A stretch of 64,000 bases of DNA from Gemmatimonadales bacterium (GTDB taxonomy: Bacteria > Gemmatimonadota > Gemmatimonadetes > Gemmatimonadales > GWC2-71-9): positions 2,381-66,380 of the forward strand of contig DATGVZ010000083.1 in the NCBI GenBank assembly GCA_035299765.1, given 5' to 3'. The position numbers were made by a program, and so were the translations under genes. Positions 47,428 to 58,879 of this stretch are shown one piece after another (within the stretch, counting starts at the first letter, position 1; each line of letters begins with the position of its first letter). Below the pieces are notes generated by a model that worked only from the letters and a program-made list of their open reading frames with translations, was not told where the DNA came from and ran no database searches.

Positions 47428-48054
47428 CTAGGAAGCCAGCCCTTCCACCACCTCTCTCACCTCAGCACCAGAAAACCCGCGTCGCATTAAGAACGCCACT
47501 AATCGCCGCTTCCGAACCGGCTGGGGCAATCCGGCAAGCTGTCTCGCTCTTCTCTCCGCCAACGCCCGCACCGCTTCCGCCGGATCGACACCCTCCGCCG
47601 CCAGCGACGTGCGCACGGCGGTCTCAGCCACACGGCGCTCTACCCCCTGGGCCAGAAGGTCCCCGATGAGCCGCGCCGGTCCGCGGCCACGTCGCGCCTT
47701 GGCAGCCGCATAGTCGACGGCGAACCGGGCGTCGTCCAGCAGTCCCGCCGCTTCGAGCCGCGTGAGTGCTTCATCCACGGCGTGCGGTGGATGCTGCTTC
47801 TGCAGCAACCGTCGCCGCAAATCGTGGTGTGCATGCGCGCGGCGTGCCAGGGCACGCAGCCCGGCGCGATGCGCGGCCTCGATATCGGCGAGCTCCTGGA
47901 GTCGCTCGAGTACAAGAGCGTCAATCTCGCGACCGATGACCAGATCGAGTCCCGCCAACGCATCGGCGGGGAGCGACGCAAAACGCCCCCGATCCACTTC
48001 GACCAACCGATACTCCGGGCGGCGCGGATCGGGGGCGAGTCCAGTGAGAATCAC
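47428..48054 (-). CDS. recX: recombination regulator RecX
   Basis: It lies immediately downstream of recA (GTGA overlap at 48051-48054) and has the three-repeat helical RecX pattern. Confidence 0.85.
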   Translation of the reverse strand: MILTGLAPDPRRPEYRLVEVDRGRFASLPADALAGLDLVIGREIDALVLERLQELADIEAAHRAGLRALARRAHAHHDLRRRLLQKQHPPHAVDEALTRLEAAGLLDDARFAVDYAAAKARRGRGPARLIGDLLAQGVERRVAETAVRTSLAAEGVDPAEAVRALAERRARQLAGLPQPVRKRRLVAFLMRRGFSGAEVREVVEGLAS

Positions 48055-49148
48055 TCTTCGCTCGCGGGCGTCTCCTCGTCGCCGAGGCCGCCGGGACTGT
48101 CTCCGGCGGGTGCCTTCACGCCGAGGTGCTCTTTCACTCGCGCCTCAACTTCCGCCGACATATCGGGATGGTCTTTGAGGTAGAGCTTCGCGTTCTCACG
48201 TCCCTGCCCGATGCGCTCCTTGCCGTAGGAGTACCACGCTCCCGACTTCTCGATGATCCCGGCCTCTGCCGCGATATCGACGAGCAGCGACTCGTGGCTG
48301 ATGCCTTCGTCGAACATGATGTCGAATTCCGCCTGCCGGAACGGCGGCGCGACTTTGTTCTTCACGACCTTCACACGCACGTGATTGCCGATGACCATCT
48401 CGCGCTCTTTCACGGGCCCGATGCGCCGCATGTCGAGACGCACTGAGGCGTAGAACTTCAGCGCCCGGCCGCCGCTCGTGGTCTCGGGATTGCCGAACAT
48501 GACGCCGATCTTCTCACGCAGCTGATTGATGAAAATCACGGAGGTGCGTGAGCGGTTGATCGCGCCGGCGAGCTTGCGCAAGGCCTGGCTCATAAGGCGT
48601 GCCTGGAGGCCGGGCAGCGAGTCGCCCATTTCGCCCTCGATTTCAGCCTTGGGGACGAGGGCGGCGACCGAATCGACCACGACGACGTCGACGGCGCCCG
48701 AGCGTACGAGGATCTCGCAGATCTCGAGGCCTTGCTCGCCGGTGTCAGGCTGGGACACCAGCAGGTTCTCGATATCCACGCCCAGCTTCTTCGCGTATTC
48801 GACGTCGAGCGCGTGCTCCGCGTCGATGTAGGCGGCCGCGCCGCCTGTGCGCTGCGCATGCGCCACGACGTGCAGCGCCAGGGTGGTTTTGCCGCTCGAC
48901 TCCGGTCCGAAGATCTCCGTCACCCGGCCGCGGGGAATGCCGCCGATCCCGATCGCCGCGTCGAGATTGATCGCCCCGGTCGAGATCCCCGCCACGCGGA
49001 CCTGCGGCGTGTCCGCGCCCATCCGCATGATGGACCCCTTCCCACAGGTCTTCTCGATTTGCGTGATCGCGAGGCTCAGCGCCTTGCGACGGTCGTCCGT
49101 GAGCTTCGTGGTTGGGGGGGGCTGTTCTGCCATGAGTGACCTCAGCAT
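48051..49148 (-). CDS. recA: recombinase RecA
   Basis: Motifs [24 protein letters not shown] and [32 protein letters not shown]. Confidence 0.95.
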   Translation of the reverse strand: MLRSLMAEQPPPTTKLTDDRRKALSLAITQIEKTCGKGSIMRMGADTPQVRVAGISTGAINLDAAIGIGGIPRGRVTEIFGPESSGKTTLALHVVAHAQRTGGAAAYIDAEHALDVEYAKKLGVDIENLLVSQPDTGEQGLEICEILVRSGAVDVVVVDSVAALVPKAEIEGEMGDSLPGLQARLMSQALRKLAGAINRSRTSVIFINQLREKIGVMFGNPETTSGGRALKFYASVRLDMRRIGPVKEREMVIGNHVRVKVVKNKVAPPFRQAEFDIMFDEGISHESLLVDIAAEAGIIEKSGAWYSYGKERIGQGRENAKLYLKDHPDMSAEVEARVKEHLGVKAPAGDSPGGLGDEETPASEE

Positions 49149-49158
49149 GAGTGGCGAG

Positions 49159-49165
49159 CCTCCTT
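49159..49165 (-). promoter_or_regulatory. Shine-Dalgarno AAGGAGG of recA
   Basis: CCTCCTT on the + strand, 10 nt upstream of ATG 49148. A TATATT -10-like hexamer (49178-49183, - strand) lies further upstream. Confidence 0.5.
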
Positions 49166-49197
49166 AGATGAGGCCCGAATATATACCGAAACCGCTT

Positions 49198-49590
49198 TCA
49201 CCGCCATCCGGGACGAAATGCGTCCTCGAGATGCTCCAGCTTGTTGTCAACCAACGCGATACAGTCGAACCGGTAGACGTCTTCCGGCCGCCCGTGTCGG
49301 TCCATCCAAACGCGCGCCGCCTTCACGATCTCGCGGCGCTTCGCCCCCGTCACGGCCTCGAACGGGCTCCCGAACGCCGTGCCGCGGCGCGCTTTGACTT
49401 CAAAGAAAGCCACGAGGTGACCGCGCCGGGCGACCAGGTCCAGCTCGATTCGGCCGACGCGGAACCGGTGCGCCACGACGTCCCAACCGCGGCTTTGGAG
49501 GTATTGGATCGCCTGCTCTTCACCGGCGAGTCCTCGCTGATGGCGGGGATCTGTCCAACCGGCCGGATCGCTGTGCACCCCGCTCGACAT
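49198..49590 (-). CDS. YraN family (UPF0102) endonuclease-like protein
   Basis: The segment GEEQAIQYLQSRGWDVVAHRFRVGRIELDLVARRGHLVAFFEVKAR matches the family pattern. Confidence 0.8.
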   Translation of the reverse strand: MSSGVHSDPAGWTDPRHQRGLAGEEQAIQYLQSRGWDVVAHRFRVGRIELDLVARRGHLVAFFEVKARRGTAFGSPFEAVTGAKRREIVKAARVWMDRHGRPEDVYRFDCIALVDNKLEHLEDAFRPGWR

Positions 49591-49670
49591 GGGGTGAAGC
49601 TACGTCGTGCGGGTTTGCCTCGATAACCCGATTGCTGCCCGCCGGCGCATTTTCGCGCCCCCCCCCTGCT

Positions 49671-51896
49671 TCAGGCCCCCGAATTGCCATTTCCATGGCC
49701 GACGATGTCGTCCAGATCCTCGAGTCCCACGAGAACGTCTCGCGGTTTGGAGCCATTCGGCGGTCCCAAGACGCCGGCCGACTCGAGCTGATCGATGATT
49801 CGCGCCGCGCGACCGTACCCGATGCTCATGCGCCGCTGCAACAAGGAAGTAGATCCCAACTGGTTCTGAATGCACACCTCAGCCGCCTGCCGGAACAACG
49901 GATCGCGCTCGCCGAAATCCCCTTCCCCCTTCCCGCCTCCCTCTTCCCCTTCTTTTTCTGCTTTCTCGAGTGCCGCGACCTGTTCGTCGATCGAGCTTCC
50001 CGGCGATGCGGCGACCGCCGCGGCGGCGGCGTGCTTCCGATACCATTCCATGACGCGCTCGGTTTCGTCCGTCGAGATGTACGCGCCCTGCACGCGCATC
50101 GGCTCGCTCTTCCCCGGCGGCAGGAACAACATGTCGCCATTGCCCAGCAACGTCTCGGCGCCGTTTTGATCGAGAATGGTGCGGCTGTCGACCTTCGCCG
50201 AAACGCGGAACGCGATCCGGCAGGGGAAATTCGCTTTGATCAGTCCCGTGATCACGTTGACAGACGGCCGCTGCGTCGCGAGGATGAGATGGATGCCGAT
50301 CGCGCGCGCCTTCTGCGCCAGTACCGCCAGCGGCGTCTCGATTTCTCCTTGTACCGTGAGCATCAGATCTGCGAGCTCGTCGACGACGAGGACGATGTAC
50401 GGAAGAATGCCATCGGTGTATGCAGCGTCGAACGGCAATTCCTTCTGAATTCCTGCCTGCGTGGCGAGCGTCTCGCGCGGACCTTTGAGCGGTGCTTTCG
50501 CTTCCACCTTCTTATTGAAGTCGGCGACATTGCGCGCGTGATTCGCGTGCAGCAACCGGTAGCGGCGCTCCATCTCCCACACCGCCCACTTCAAGACATT
50601 GGCCGCCCTATGATGGCTCGTCACGACCGGGAGACCGAGATGCGGCAACGCGCCGTACATCGACAGCTCGACCATCTTCGGGTCGATCATCAGGAGTTTC
50701 AGGTTCTCCGGACCATGCGCGTAGATGAGGCTCGTGATGATCGCGTTGATGCAGACCGATTTTCCCGACCCCGTCGCCCCGGCGATGAGGAGGTGCGGCA
50801 TCTTGGTGAGATCGTCGATGACTTCGTCGCCTTCGAGATTCCGCCCCAACACAACCGGGAGCACCCGACCTGCGCGGCGGAACTCAGCGCTGTCGATCAG
50901 ATCGCGCACATGCACGAGTCGCGGCGTTGGATTGGGGACCTCGATGCCGATCGCCGCTTTCCCCGGGATCGGCGCGACGATGCGCAGTGACTGCGCGCGC
51001 ATCGCTAAGGCGAGATCGTCCGCGAGCGAGGAGACACGCCCGACCTTCACGCCGCGGCCCGGCTCCAGCTCGAAGCGCGTCACCACGGGACCCACGGTCT
51101 TGTTCGTGATCTGCGCGCCGACGCGGAATGTTTCGAGCGTGTTCACGAGCCGGCGGCCCATGTCTTCGATTTGCACGGCGTCGGGGTCAGCGACGGCGCC
51201 CGGCCCTTCGGTCAGCAATTCGATGGGCGGGATGAGGGAGCCGGGAGGCGGTCGCGGCGCGGGCCGGGGCGGCGGAACGGGCTTCGATTTTCGTTCTTTG
51301 GGGAAGCGGGAAGGGGGAAGAGGGATGGGTACATCCTCTCCGTCGGCATCTGCATCGCGCGAAGACTTCACTGTCGCAATCGGTTTTTCCCCTTCCCCCT
51401 TCCCCCTTCCCCCTTCCCCAGCCCTCAGCATGGTCAGCGGATGCCAGCCAATCGTCAACACTCCAAGTGCCGAGAGCGCAAACAGTCCGATCAGCACCGC
51501 GCCCGCGCTCCCGACCGCGCTCTCCACTCCGTTCGCTAGAAACCCCGGGAAGAGGCCGACCAAGCGCTCGGTGCGAGTCCAGTTGACGTAATCGGGAGGA
51601 AATGCCGGACCGATGGCGACCGCAATCCCATACGGGACCAGGAGTATGAGTCCGGCGCCGAGGACTGCGGCCCGGCCCCAGGAGAGCGCGCCCAAGCGTT
51701 CGAACGCGGCGAGCGCCCAGCCCAGCCCGAGGATTGGCAGGATCACGGCACCCAATCCGAACATCTGCCGCAGCCCGGCGCCGAGCGCGCGTCCCCAACT
51801 TCCCGTAAGCGCCACCGGCAACAGCGTCAGCCCCAGGAACAGGCCCACCAGCAGGGCCGCAATGCCAATGAGTTCCTGGCGCGCCTTGGGATTCAT
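49671..51896 (-). CDS. ftsK: DNA translocase FtsK
   Basis: N-terminal TM helices, motor-domain motifs PHLLIAGATGSGKSV and VVDELADLM, and a C-terminal gamma domain LLQRRMSIGYGRAARIIDQLE. Confidence 0.9.
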   Translation of the reverse strand: MNPKARQELIGIAALLVGLFLGLTLLPVALTGSWGRALGAGLRQMFGLGAVILPILGLGWALAAFERLGALSWGRAAVLGAGLILLVPYGIAVAIGPAFPPDYVNWTRTERLVGLFPGFLANGVESAVGSAGAVLIGLFALSALGVLTIGWHPLTMLRAGEGGRGKGEGEKPIATVKSSRDADADGEDVPIPLPPSRFPKERKSKPVPPPRPAPRPPPGSLIPPIELLTEGPGAVADPDAVQIEDMGRRLVNTLETFRVGAQITNKTVGPVVTRFELEPGRGVKVGRVSSLADDLALAMRAQSLRIVAPIPGKAAIGIEVPNPTPRLVHVRDLIDSAEFRRAGRVLPVVLGRNLEGDEVIDDLTKMPHLLIAGATGSGKSVCINAIITSLIYAHGPENLKLLMIDPKMVELSMYGALPHLGLPVVTSHHRAANVLKWAVWEMERRYRLLHANHARNVADFNKKVEAKAPLKGPRETLATQAGIQKELPFDAAYTDGILPYIVLVVDELADLMLTVQGEIETPLAVLAQKARAIGIHLILATQRPSVNVITGLIKANFPCRIAFRVSAKVDSRTILDQNGAETLLGNGDMLFLPPGKSEPMRVQGAYISTDETERVMEWYRKHAAAAAVAASPGSSIDEQVAALEKAEKEGEEGGGKGEGDFGERDPLFRQAAEVCIQNQLGSTSLLQRRMSIGYGRAARIIDQLESAGVLGPPNGSKPRDVLVGLEDLDDIVGHGNGNSGA
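49919..49952. repeat. G-tract repeat (sense strand) inside ftsK, before the gamma domain
   Basis: CCCCTTCCCCCTTCCCGCCTCCCTCTTCCCCTTC on the + strand. It encodes EGEEGGGKGEG. Confidence 0.65.
51300..51419. repeat. inverted pair of G-tract arms with about 60-nt spacer inside the ftsK linker
   Basis: GGGGAAGCGGGAAGGGGGAAGAGGGATGGG (51300-51329, + strand) faces CCCCTTCCCCCTTCCCCCTTCCCCCTTCCCC (51389-51419). The pair is translated in frame as GEGGRGKGEGEKPIATVKSSRDADADGEDVPIPLPPSRFP. Confidence 0.65.
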
Positions 51897-52617
51897 GCTG
51901 CGATGCGTCGATCCGCGTAGACGGGAACGATCGTCAGCCGGTCGGGCTGAGCGCAGAAGCGCACGTCGTCGCCCAGGCCGGCTTCGCCCAATTGGCGCGC
52001 GGCATCGCTTGCGCCGAGGGCGTCCTGCCAGCCGCCCTGCTGCGCGGCGAGGTCGAGGGAGACCTGCGCTGCGTCGTTGAGCGACAGCTTCTTGGGTGGG
52101 ACGCCCTTCTTCACGGCCTTGATGAATCGGCCGGCGGTGTAGGCGTCCTCGAGCGCGAACTGCTTCTCGCGCCCGGCGCAGATGATGACCAGCTCGCCGC
52201 GTTCCTGGAAGAGATTGCGGGCCCGCTCGGCGACCGCGCTGAAGTTGAGCGCCGCCGCGACGAGCACCGGATCACCGCCCTGCGCCGCGAGCAGCGCCGG
52301 GGTGCCGTTGGTGGTCGCGAGAAACAACGTCTTGCCGCCGACGGCTTCCGGCGTCATCTCACGCGGCGAGTTGCCAAGCGCGAAGCCCTCGATCTTCAGC
52401 ATCCGCCGCTCGCCGGCGAGGACAATGCCATTCCGCTCGAGATTCGCGGTCAACCGAACCGCTTCGTCGGAGCTGGCGGCGGGAACGATGGCTTTGGCCC
52501 CCGCCGCGAGCGCGGTGACGATCGTGCTCGTGGCCCGGAGCACATCAATGACGACGACCGCTCGGCCGTTCAGGTCCCCCGCATTGAGGCCGAGTGGTGT
52601 GTGGTAAACGTCGATCT

Positions 52618-52621
<4 letters not shown>
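51893..52621 (-). CDS. comB: 2-phosphosulfolactate phosphatase (ComB) family protein
   Basis: The N-terminal segment [21 protein letters not shown] is typical of ComB. ATGA overlaps on both sides. Confidence 0.75.
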
Positions 52622-53975
<1,354 letters not shown>

Positions 53976-53976
<1 letters not shown>

Positions 53977-55133
53977 CAGGGCGTCAGCTCGATCGCCCCG
54001 GCCGCGTCGGCCCCGCCCAGCCGGTTCCCCGAGGAATCGACGCCCGACACCTTCAGTGCGAACTCACTCGGGTTCGACGCATAGAAGATCGCGCTCTCGT
54101 AGCTGATCACACCCTGCTGGTACCAGTGGAACAGCGACTGGTCGAAACTCTGCATCCCGTATTGAATCGAGCCTTCGGCGATCAGGTCGGGGATGTTGAG
54201 CTGCTTGGAGAGATCGCGGATGTTGTCGGCTACCGCTGCGGTGTTGATGAGCACCTCCGACGCCGGCACCCGACCGCGGCCGTCCTTGCGCGGCACGAGC
54301 CGCAACGAGACGATCGCCTGCAGCGCGGTGGACAGGAGGTGACGGATTTCGTCGTGCTGGTGCGGCGGGAAGAACGAGATGACGCGGCTGACCGTCTGCG
54401 TTGCGTCGGTCGTGTGCAGCGTCGAGAACACCATGTGCCCGGTGTCGGCCGCTTTGAGCGCGGTGTCCAGCGTCTCCATGTCGCGGATCTCGCCGATCAG
54501 GATCAGGTCGGGATCCTGCCGCAGGACGTGCCGCAGCGCCGAGTTGAACGTGAGCGTATCGTTGCCGACTTCCCGCTGCGAGATGTTGGCGTGCTGATCA
54601 CGATGCAGGAACTCGATCGGGTCCTCGATGGTGATGATGTTGACCCGCCGGTTCGTGTTCACGTGGTTGATCATCGCGGCGAGCGCCGTGGACTTCCCCG
54701 ACCCTGTCACGCCCGTGACGAGGACCAACCCCCGCGGTTTGAGCGCGATCTCCTCGAGCACTCCGGGCAGGTTCAGCTCGCGGATCTGCTTGACTTCGTA
54801 GGGAATCGCCCGAAACGCGAACGCAACCGTGCCGCGCTGCTGGTAGACGTTGGTCCGGAAGCGGCCGACGCCCGGCACCCCGATCGCAAAGTCCGCCTCC
54901 TTGTGCTCGGCGAACTCCTTGACCTGACGCGGCGTCATGATCTGCTCCGCCAGCGATTTCAACTCCTCGGGCTTGAGGGGCGCAGTGTCGAGGGCCACCA
55001 GGTCGCCGTTGACGCGGATGGTTGCCGGCCGGCCGACCTTCAGCAACAGGTCGGATCCGTTGCGCTGCACCATCTGCGTGATCGCTTGTTTGAAGTTGAA
55101 TGCCGGCAGATTGCTCTGCGTCGCCTCACCCAT
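53976..55133 (-). CDS. pilT: type IV pilus twitching-motility ATPase PilT family
   Basis: Start ATG 55133 (MGEATQSNL). Motifs [41 protein letters not shown] and VFSTLHT. Confidence 0.85.
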
Positions 55134-55614
55134 GCGGATCCACCCGGAAAAGGACCTGGCCGAATTCCACCGGCTGCGCGTTTTGCGCGGCAACTTCCCG
55201 AATCACGCCCGTGACCTCGGACTCGATCTCGTTCATGATCTTCATCGCTTCGATGATGCAGACCACCTGCCCTACGGTCACCCGGCTGCCGACCTTCACA
55301 TACGGCTGCGCGGCTGGCTCGGGAGACTGGTAAAAGGTGCCCACCATGGGCGACTTGATCTCAAGGTACTGGGGACCCTGGGAGGACGGCGATTCCCCAG
55401 TCCCCATTCCCCGTGATGCCGGGACAGGGGACTGGGGAATGGTCGTCGGTTGCGTTACGACGATGTGTCCACCGCTCGCATTCGTCCCATGACCCGCCTT
55501 CGACACCCGAACCGACGACCATGCGCCAAACAGGCCGCGCCGGATCTCGATGGCTCCCACTTCCGGCGCGTCCTTCAAGATCTGCACGATCTGCGCGATG
55601 ATGTCGAGCTTCAT
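55126..55614 (-). CDS. accB: acetyl-CoA carboxylase biotin carboxyl carrier protein
   Basis: C-terminal biotinyl domain with [17 protein letters not shown]. The linker contains the palindromic repeat insertion. Confidence 0.9.
   Translation of the reverse strand: MKLDIIAQIVQILKDAPEVGAIEIRRGLFGAWSSVRVSKAGHGTNASGGHIVVTQPTTIPQSPVPASRGMGTGESPSSQGPQYLEIKSPMVGTFYQSPEPAAQPYVKVGSRVTVGQVVCIIEAMKIMNEIESEVTGVIREVAAQNAQPVEFGQVLFRVDPHG
55392..55442. repeat. palindromic G-tract element in frame within the accB linker
   Basis: ATTCCCCAGTCCCC (55392-55405) and GGGGACTGGGGAAT (55427-55440) are a perfect 14-nt inverted repeat separated by 21 nt. The element is translated as [16 protein letters not shown]. 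Confidence 0.8.
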
Positions 55615-55640
55615 ACCGTGAAGATACCCCCCGAGAGGCC

Positions 55641-56621
55641 CTACACCAGTTCCACGAGATCCGTACGGCCGTCGGTCAAGAGCACCGGCCCATCAGCGGA
55701 CAGATGCACGTCATCCTCGATGCGAACGCCGCCGCGTCCCGCGACGTAGACACCCGGTTCGATCGTCACCACGGCATTCTCGGGCAACGGATCCGCGCTG
55801 GTGCGCGCGAGCCGCGGCGCCTCATGGACCTCGAGGCCTACGCCATGTCCCGTCGAATGTCCGAACGCCGCGCCGAAACCGCGCGCCTCGATCGGGTCGC
55901 GCGCCAGCGCGTCCGCTTCGCGCCCGCTCATGCCCGCCCGCACCCCCGCGCGCGCGCGCTGCTGCGCTTCCTGCACCAGGTCGTACAGCGCGCGTTGCGC
56001 ATCATCCGCGCGCGCGCCGACGACAACGGTCCGGGTTACGTCGGCGCAGTAGCCGTCCACCACGGCGCCAAAATCGAGCAGCAGCCATTCACCGGCGGCC
56101 ACCGTCCGCTGGCTCGTGTGCGCGTGGGGCAGGGCACTCCGCGGCCCACTCGCCACGATCGTGGGGAACGGATGGGCCTCGCTGCCGTGGCGGCGGAGCG
56201 CACGTTCCAGGACTCCCGCGACTTCGAGCTCCGTCTGACCGGGCCGCACAGCGGTGAGCGTCTCTCGTAGTGCCTCGGCGGCAAGCATTCCCGCTGCGCG
56301 AATCGCAGCCACTTCGCCTGGATCTTTCCGCACGCGCAGCCGCTCGACCAGCTCACCCGCCGGCTTCCAACGCCACGCGCTCGCGACCGGGCTGGACAGC
56401 CGTTCCGCCTCTTTCACGGTGAGGGCATGGGCCTCGAATCCGATGAGCGCCCCCCCCCCTCTGCCGGCCTGCGTGCTACCACCGAGCTCTTTGAAGAGCC
56501 GATCCCAAACGCTGACGCCCTCGATTTCGACCCTTGCCACGGCGCCAGATTGCTGGCGCGCCTGCTCGTCGTAGCGAAAGTCGGTCACCAGGAGCAGCGC
56601 ACCGCGTGTCGCCACCGCCAC
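55641..56621 (-). CDS. Xaa-Pro aminopeptidase (M24B family); true N-terminus probably lies upstream of the tracked start
   Basis: Motifs [29 protein letters not shown] and VTIEPGVY. The same frame upstream of 56621 encodes RPERQAALAALLEAEGLDALLVTSRPNIRYLTGFSGSAG, a conserved N-domain sequence, but it contains no ATG, GTG or TTG. Confidence 0.85.
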   Translation of the reverse strand: MAVATRGALLLVTDFRYDEQARQQSGAVARVEIEGVSVWDRLFKELGGSTQAGRGGGALIGFEAHALTVKEAERLSSPVASAWRWKPAGELVERLRVRKDPGEVAAIRAAGMLAAEALRETLTAVRPGQTELEVAGVLERALRRHGSEAHPFPTIVASGPRSALPHAHTSQRTVAAGEWLLLDFGAVVDGYCADVTRTVVVGARADDAQRALYDLVQEAQQRARAGVRAGMSGREADALARDPIEARGFGAAFGHSTGHGVGLEVHEAPRLARTSADPLPENAVVTIEPGVYVAGRGGVRIEDDVHLSADGPVLLTDGRTDLVELV

Positions 56622-56739
56622 GCCCGCCGAGCCGCTGAAACCCGTGAGATACCGGATATTGGGTCGCGACGTGACGAGGAGTGCATCGAGCCCTTCTGCC
56701 TCAAGGAGCGCAGCGAGTGCCGCCTGGCGTTCGGGACGC

Positions 56740-57195
56740 CTATCGTGACTTGATATGAGCGACCAACCCCTCGAGTCCCAGGCGATAGCTGTCCGCCCCG
56801 AACCCCGTCACGACACCGACCGCGAGATCCGCGAGCAGCGAGCGCCGCCGCTCCGGTTCGCGCGCGAAAATATTCGAGAGATGGACTTCGACGAACGGCA
56901 CGCGCACCGCGAGCAGCGCGTCACGGACGGCGAGACTCGTGTGCGTGAACGCCGCAGCATTGATCAGCGCGCCGTCCGCCTTCCCTTTGAGACCCTGAAT
57001 CGCGTCGACGAACTGGCCTTCGTGATTGGTCTGGACCCAGCTGCATTTCACGCCGAGTGCCCGCGCCGATGCTTGCGTCGCGCGCTCGATCTCCGCCAGG
57101 CTCGCACTGCCATACAACTCCGGCTCGCGCTCACCCAGGAGATTCAGATTCGGGCCGTTCAACACGGCGACTATGATTTCAGTTTTTTGAGCCAC
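56740..57195 (-). CDS. aroQ: type II 3-dehydroquinate dehydratase
   Basis: Motifs VLNGPNLNLLGEREPELYG and HLSNIFAREPER. Confidence 0.9.
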   Translation of the reverse strand: MAQKTEIIVAVLNGPNLNLLGEREPELYGSASLAEIERATQASARALGVKCSWVQTNHEGQFVDAIQGLKGKADGALINAAAFTHTSLAVRDALLAVRVPFVEVHLSNIFAREPERRRSLLADLAVGVVTGFGADSYRLGLEGLVAHIKSR

Positions 57196-58721
57196 TGCTG
57201 AAACTGGTCCGCCTCACCCTCATCCTCGGGAGGCCGTTGGCTGCGGCCGGATGACCGCCCCCCCCCCGCGGCTGGTGTTTTGGCACTCGCCGTGTCCGGG
57301 GCGGGACCTGACGTGGCTCCGCCCTCTTTTCCGCCGGCGAAGAATTCATCGAAGGAGAAGCCGGCGGTTTGTGCGCCCTCGGGCGCAGCGCTGCTCGGTT
57401 GCGCGTTCGAACGGCGCGCGGCTTCCTCGCCAAACACCGAATCGAGCGAGATGTGATCTTGCGCCGGACGCGATGGCTCGCCCGGTGACGGATCGGCGAC
57501 GTCAAACGCCGCGGCGAGCGTACTGTGCTCGACCGGTGCCGGCGACGGAGGAGGAGAAGGCGCACCCCGCCCGGACCAGATTCCCTTGAGAAACGCTTGC
57601 GCGGAAACGCCAGAGCCCTTTTTCCTCCTAGGCGAGAGCTGCTCGACTTTGCTCTTGAGCTTGGGATCGTTCGGTCGTTGCGCCAGTAGCGCCTGATACA
57701 CGCGCAGGGCGTCCTGCTGGTGCCCCTGCTTCAGATAGAGCTCCGCCATCGTCTCGGTCAGGACGGGCTCCGCGCGCGACAGCGTCGCCGTATCAGCGGC
57801 GCCGTCATCGTCGGAGGGCACGCGCGCCTTCGCTTGCGGCGCGGCCGGGGGGGGCGGCGGGGCCGGGGGGGGCGGGGGGGGCGGTCGCGGAGCGGGCCGC
57901 GGCGGTGCAGGACGTTTCATCTCATCGTCGGGCATGATGAGCGGCAGATCGACCTGCGGGAGCGACTCGTCCAACTCGGGACCGGCACCCGTGGGCTCGG
58001 GAGCGTCGAGCTTGAACATCCCGCTGCCCTCGTACTGCGTACGCGCGAGGCCTTCAATCTCCACCTGCTCGATCTCCTGGGCGTTCAGCTCGACATCTTC
58101 CTGGACTTCAAGACCGTCCGCCTTCGCGGCCGCGTGAGCGGATGGATTGAAGCTGATCGGCTGCTCGAGATTCTCGACGTCGGGCGACGGCGCCCCGCCC
58201 GAAGCGCTCGGCCTCGTCTTCAGCGTTGTTTCGACCTTCTCCTCGTGCTCGATCGCGAAGTCCGGCTTGTCCATCGCGCCAGTCGGGGCTTCCGTGGCCT
58301 CGACAGGTTTAGTGGTCACCTTGCCTTTCGCCCGCGCCAGCGCTTCGGCCGCGTCCCCATTCATCGGGTCTGCGTTCAGCAACCGCGCCAGCCACACGAC
58401 CTCCTCTTCGTATTTCCCGTTCCGCTCGGCGAGCTCGGCGAGACCGCGGAGGGCGATGATATTCTCGCCGTCGAGCTCGAGAACATTCTTGAAGACGCCG
58501 AGAGCGGAAGGGTCGTCTTTCTTGTCGACGAGGCAACGGGCGTAGACGATGTAGGCGCTGACGTAATCGGGGTGGAGCTTGAGGCCGTTCTGGCAGAGGT
58601 CGATCGCGTTATCTATAAGCCCCGCTTTGCGATAGGCATCCGCAAGCGGCGCAAAATTGCGTCCCTTGGGGTTGTCCCGAAAGCGCGCTTCGAGCTTGTC
58701 GATCTCGCTGGTGTAGGCCAC
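57171..58721 (-). CDS. TPR repeat protein with central Pro-rich and C-terminal low-complexity regions
   Basis: GTG start at 58721. There are N-terminal TPR motifs and a PPPPPPPAPPPPPAAP tract (57840-57890). A second TPR-like segment is LYLKQGHQQDALRVYQALLA. Confidence 0.65.
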   Translation of the reverse strand: MAYTSEIDKLEARFRDNPKGRNFAPLADAYRKAGLIDNAIDLCQNGLKLHPDYVSAYIVYARCLVDKKDDPSALGVFKNVLELDGENIIALRGLAELAERNGKYEEEVVWLARLLNADPMNGDAAEALARAKGKVTTKPVEATEAPTGAMDKPDFAIEHEEKVETTLKTRPSASGGAPSPDVENLEQPISFNPSAHAAAKADGLEVQEDVELNAQEIEQVEIEGLARTQYEGSGMFKLDAPEPTGAGPELDESLPQVDLPLIMPDDEMKRPAPPRPAPRPPPPPPPAPPPPPAAPQAKARVPSDDDGAADTATLSRAEPVLTETMAELYLKQGHQQDALRVYQALLAQRPNDPKLKSKVEQLSPRRKKGSGVSAQAFLKGIWSGRGAPSPPPSPAPVEHSTLAAAFDVADPSPGEPSRPAQDHISLDSVFGEEAARRSNAQPSSAAPEGAQTAGFSFDEFFAGGKEGGATSGPAPDTASAKTPAAGGGRSSGRSQRPPEDEGEADQFQQWLKKLKS

Positions 58722-58879
58722 AGCGCTCCGTAAGTCTATGTGGGGATTGGCCGAAGATAGTGTTCCGCCGCCGCTGCTGTCAAATGACCGGCGGTTCTGT
58801 GCGCTTGAGTTTGTTCGTTGTCGTTTTTAGACTTATGCCCCTTCCCACCCTTTGTACTGGAGTTGTCGCAGTGGCCTTG

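Noticed and set aside
47415-47440. GGCTGG...CCAGCC hairpin around the recX stop as an intrinsic terminator
   Set aside because: It is only a 6-bp stem, and the stop codon lies in the loop. No U-run follows on the - strand.
49177-49187. AT-rich CGAATATATACCG upstream of recA as a LexA/SOS box
   Set aside because: It is only an imperfect palindrome, and it matches none of the LexA box consensus types I know (CTGT-N8-ACAG, GAAC-N4-GTTC, GTTC-N7-GTTC). It is more simply explained as the -10 region.
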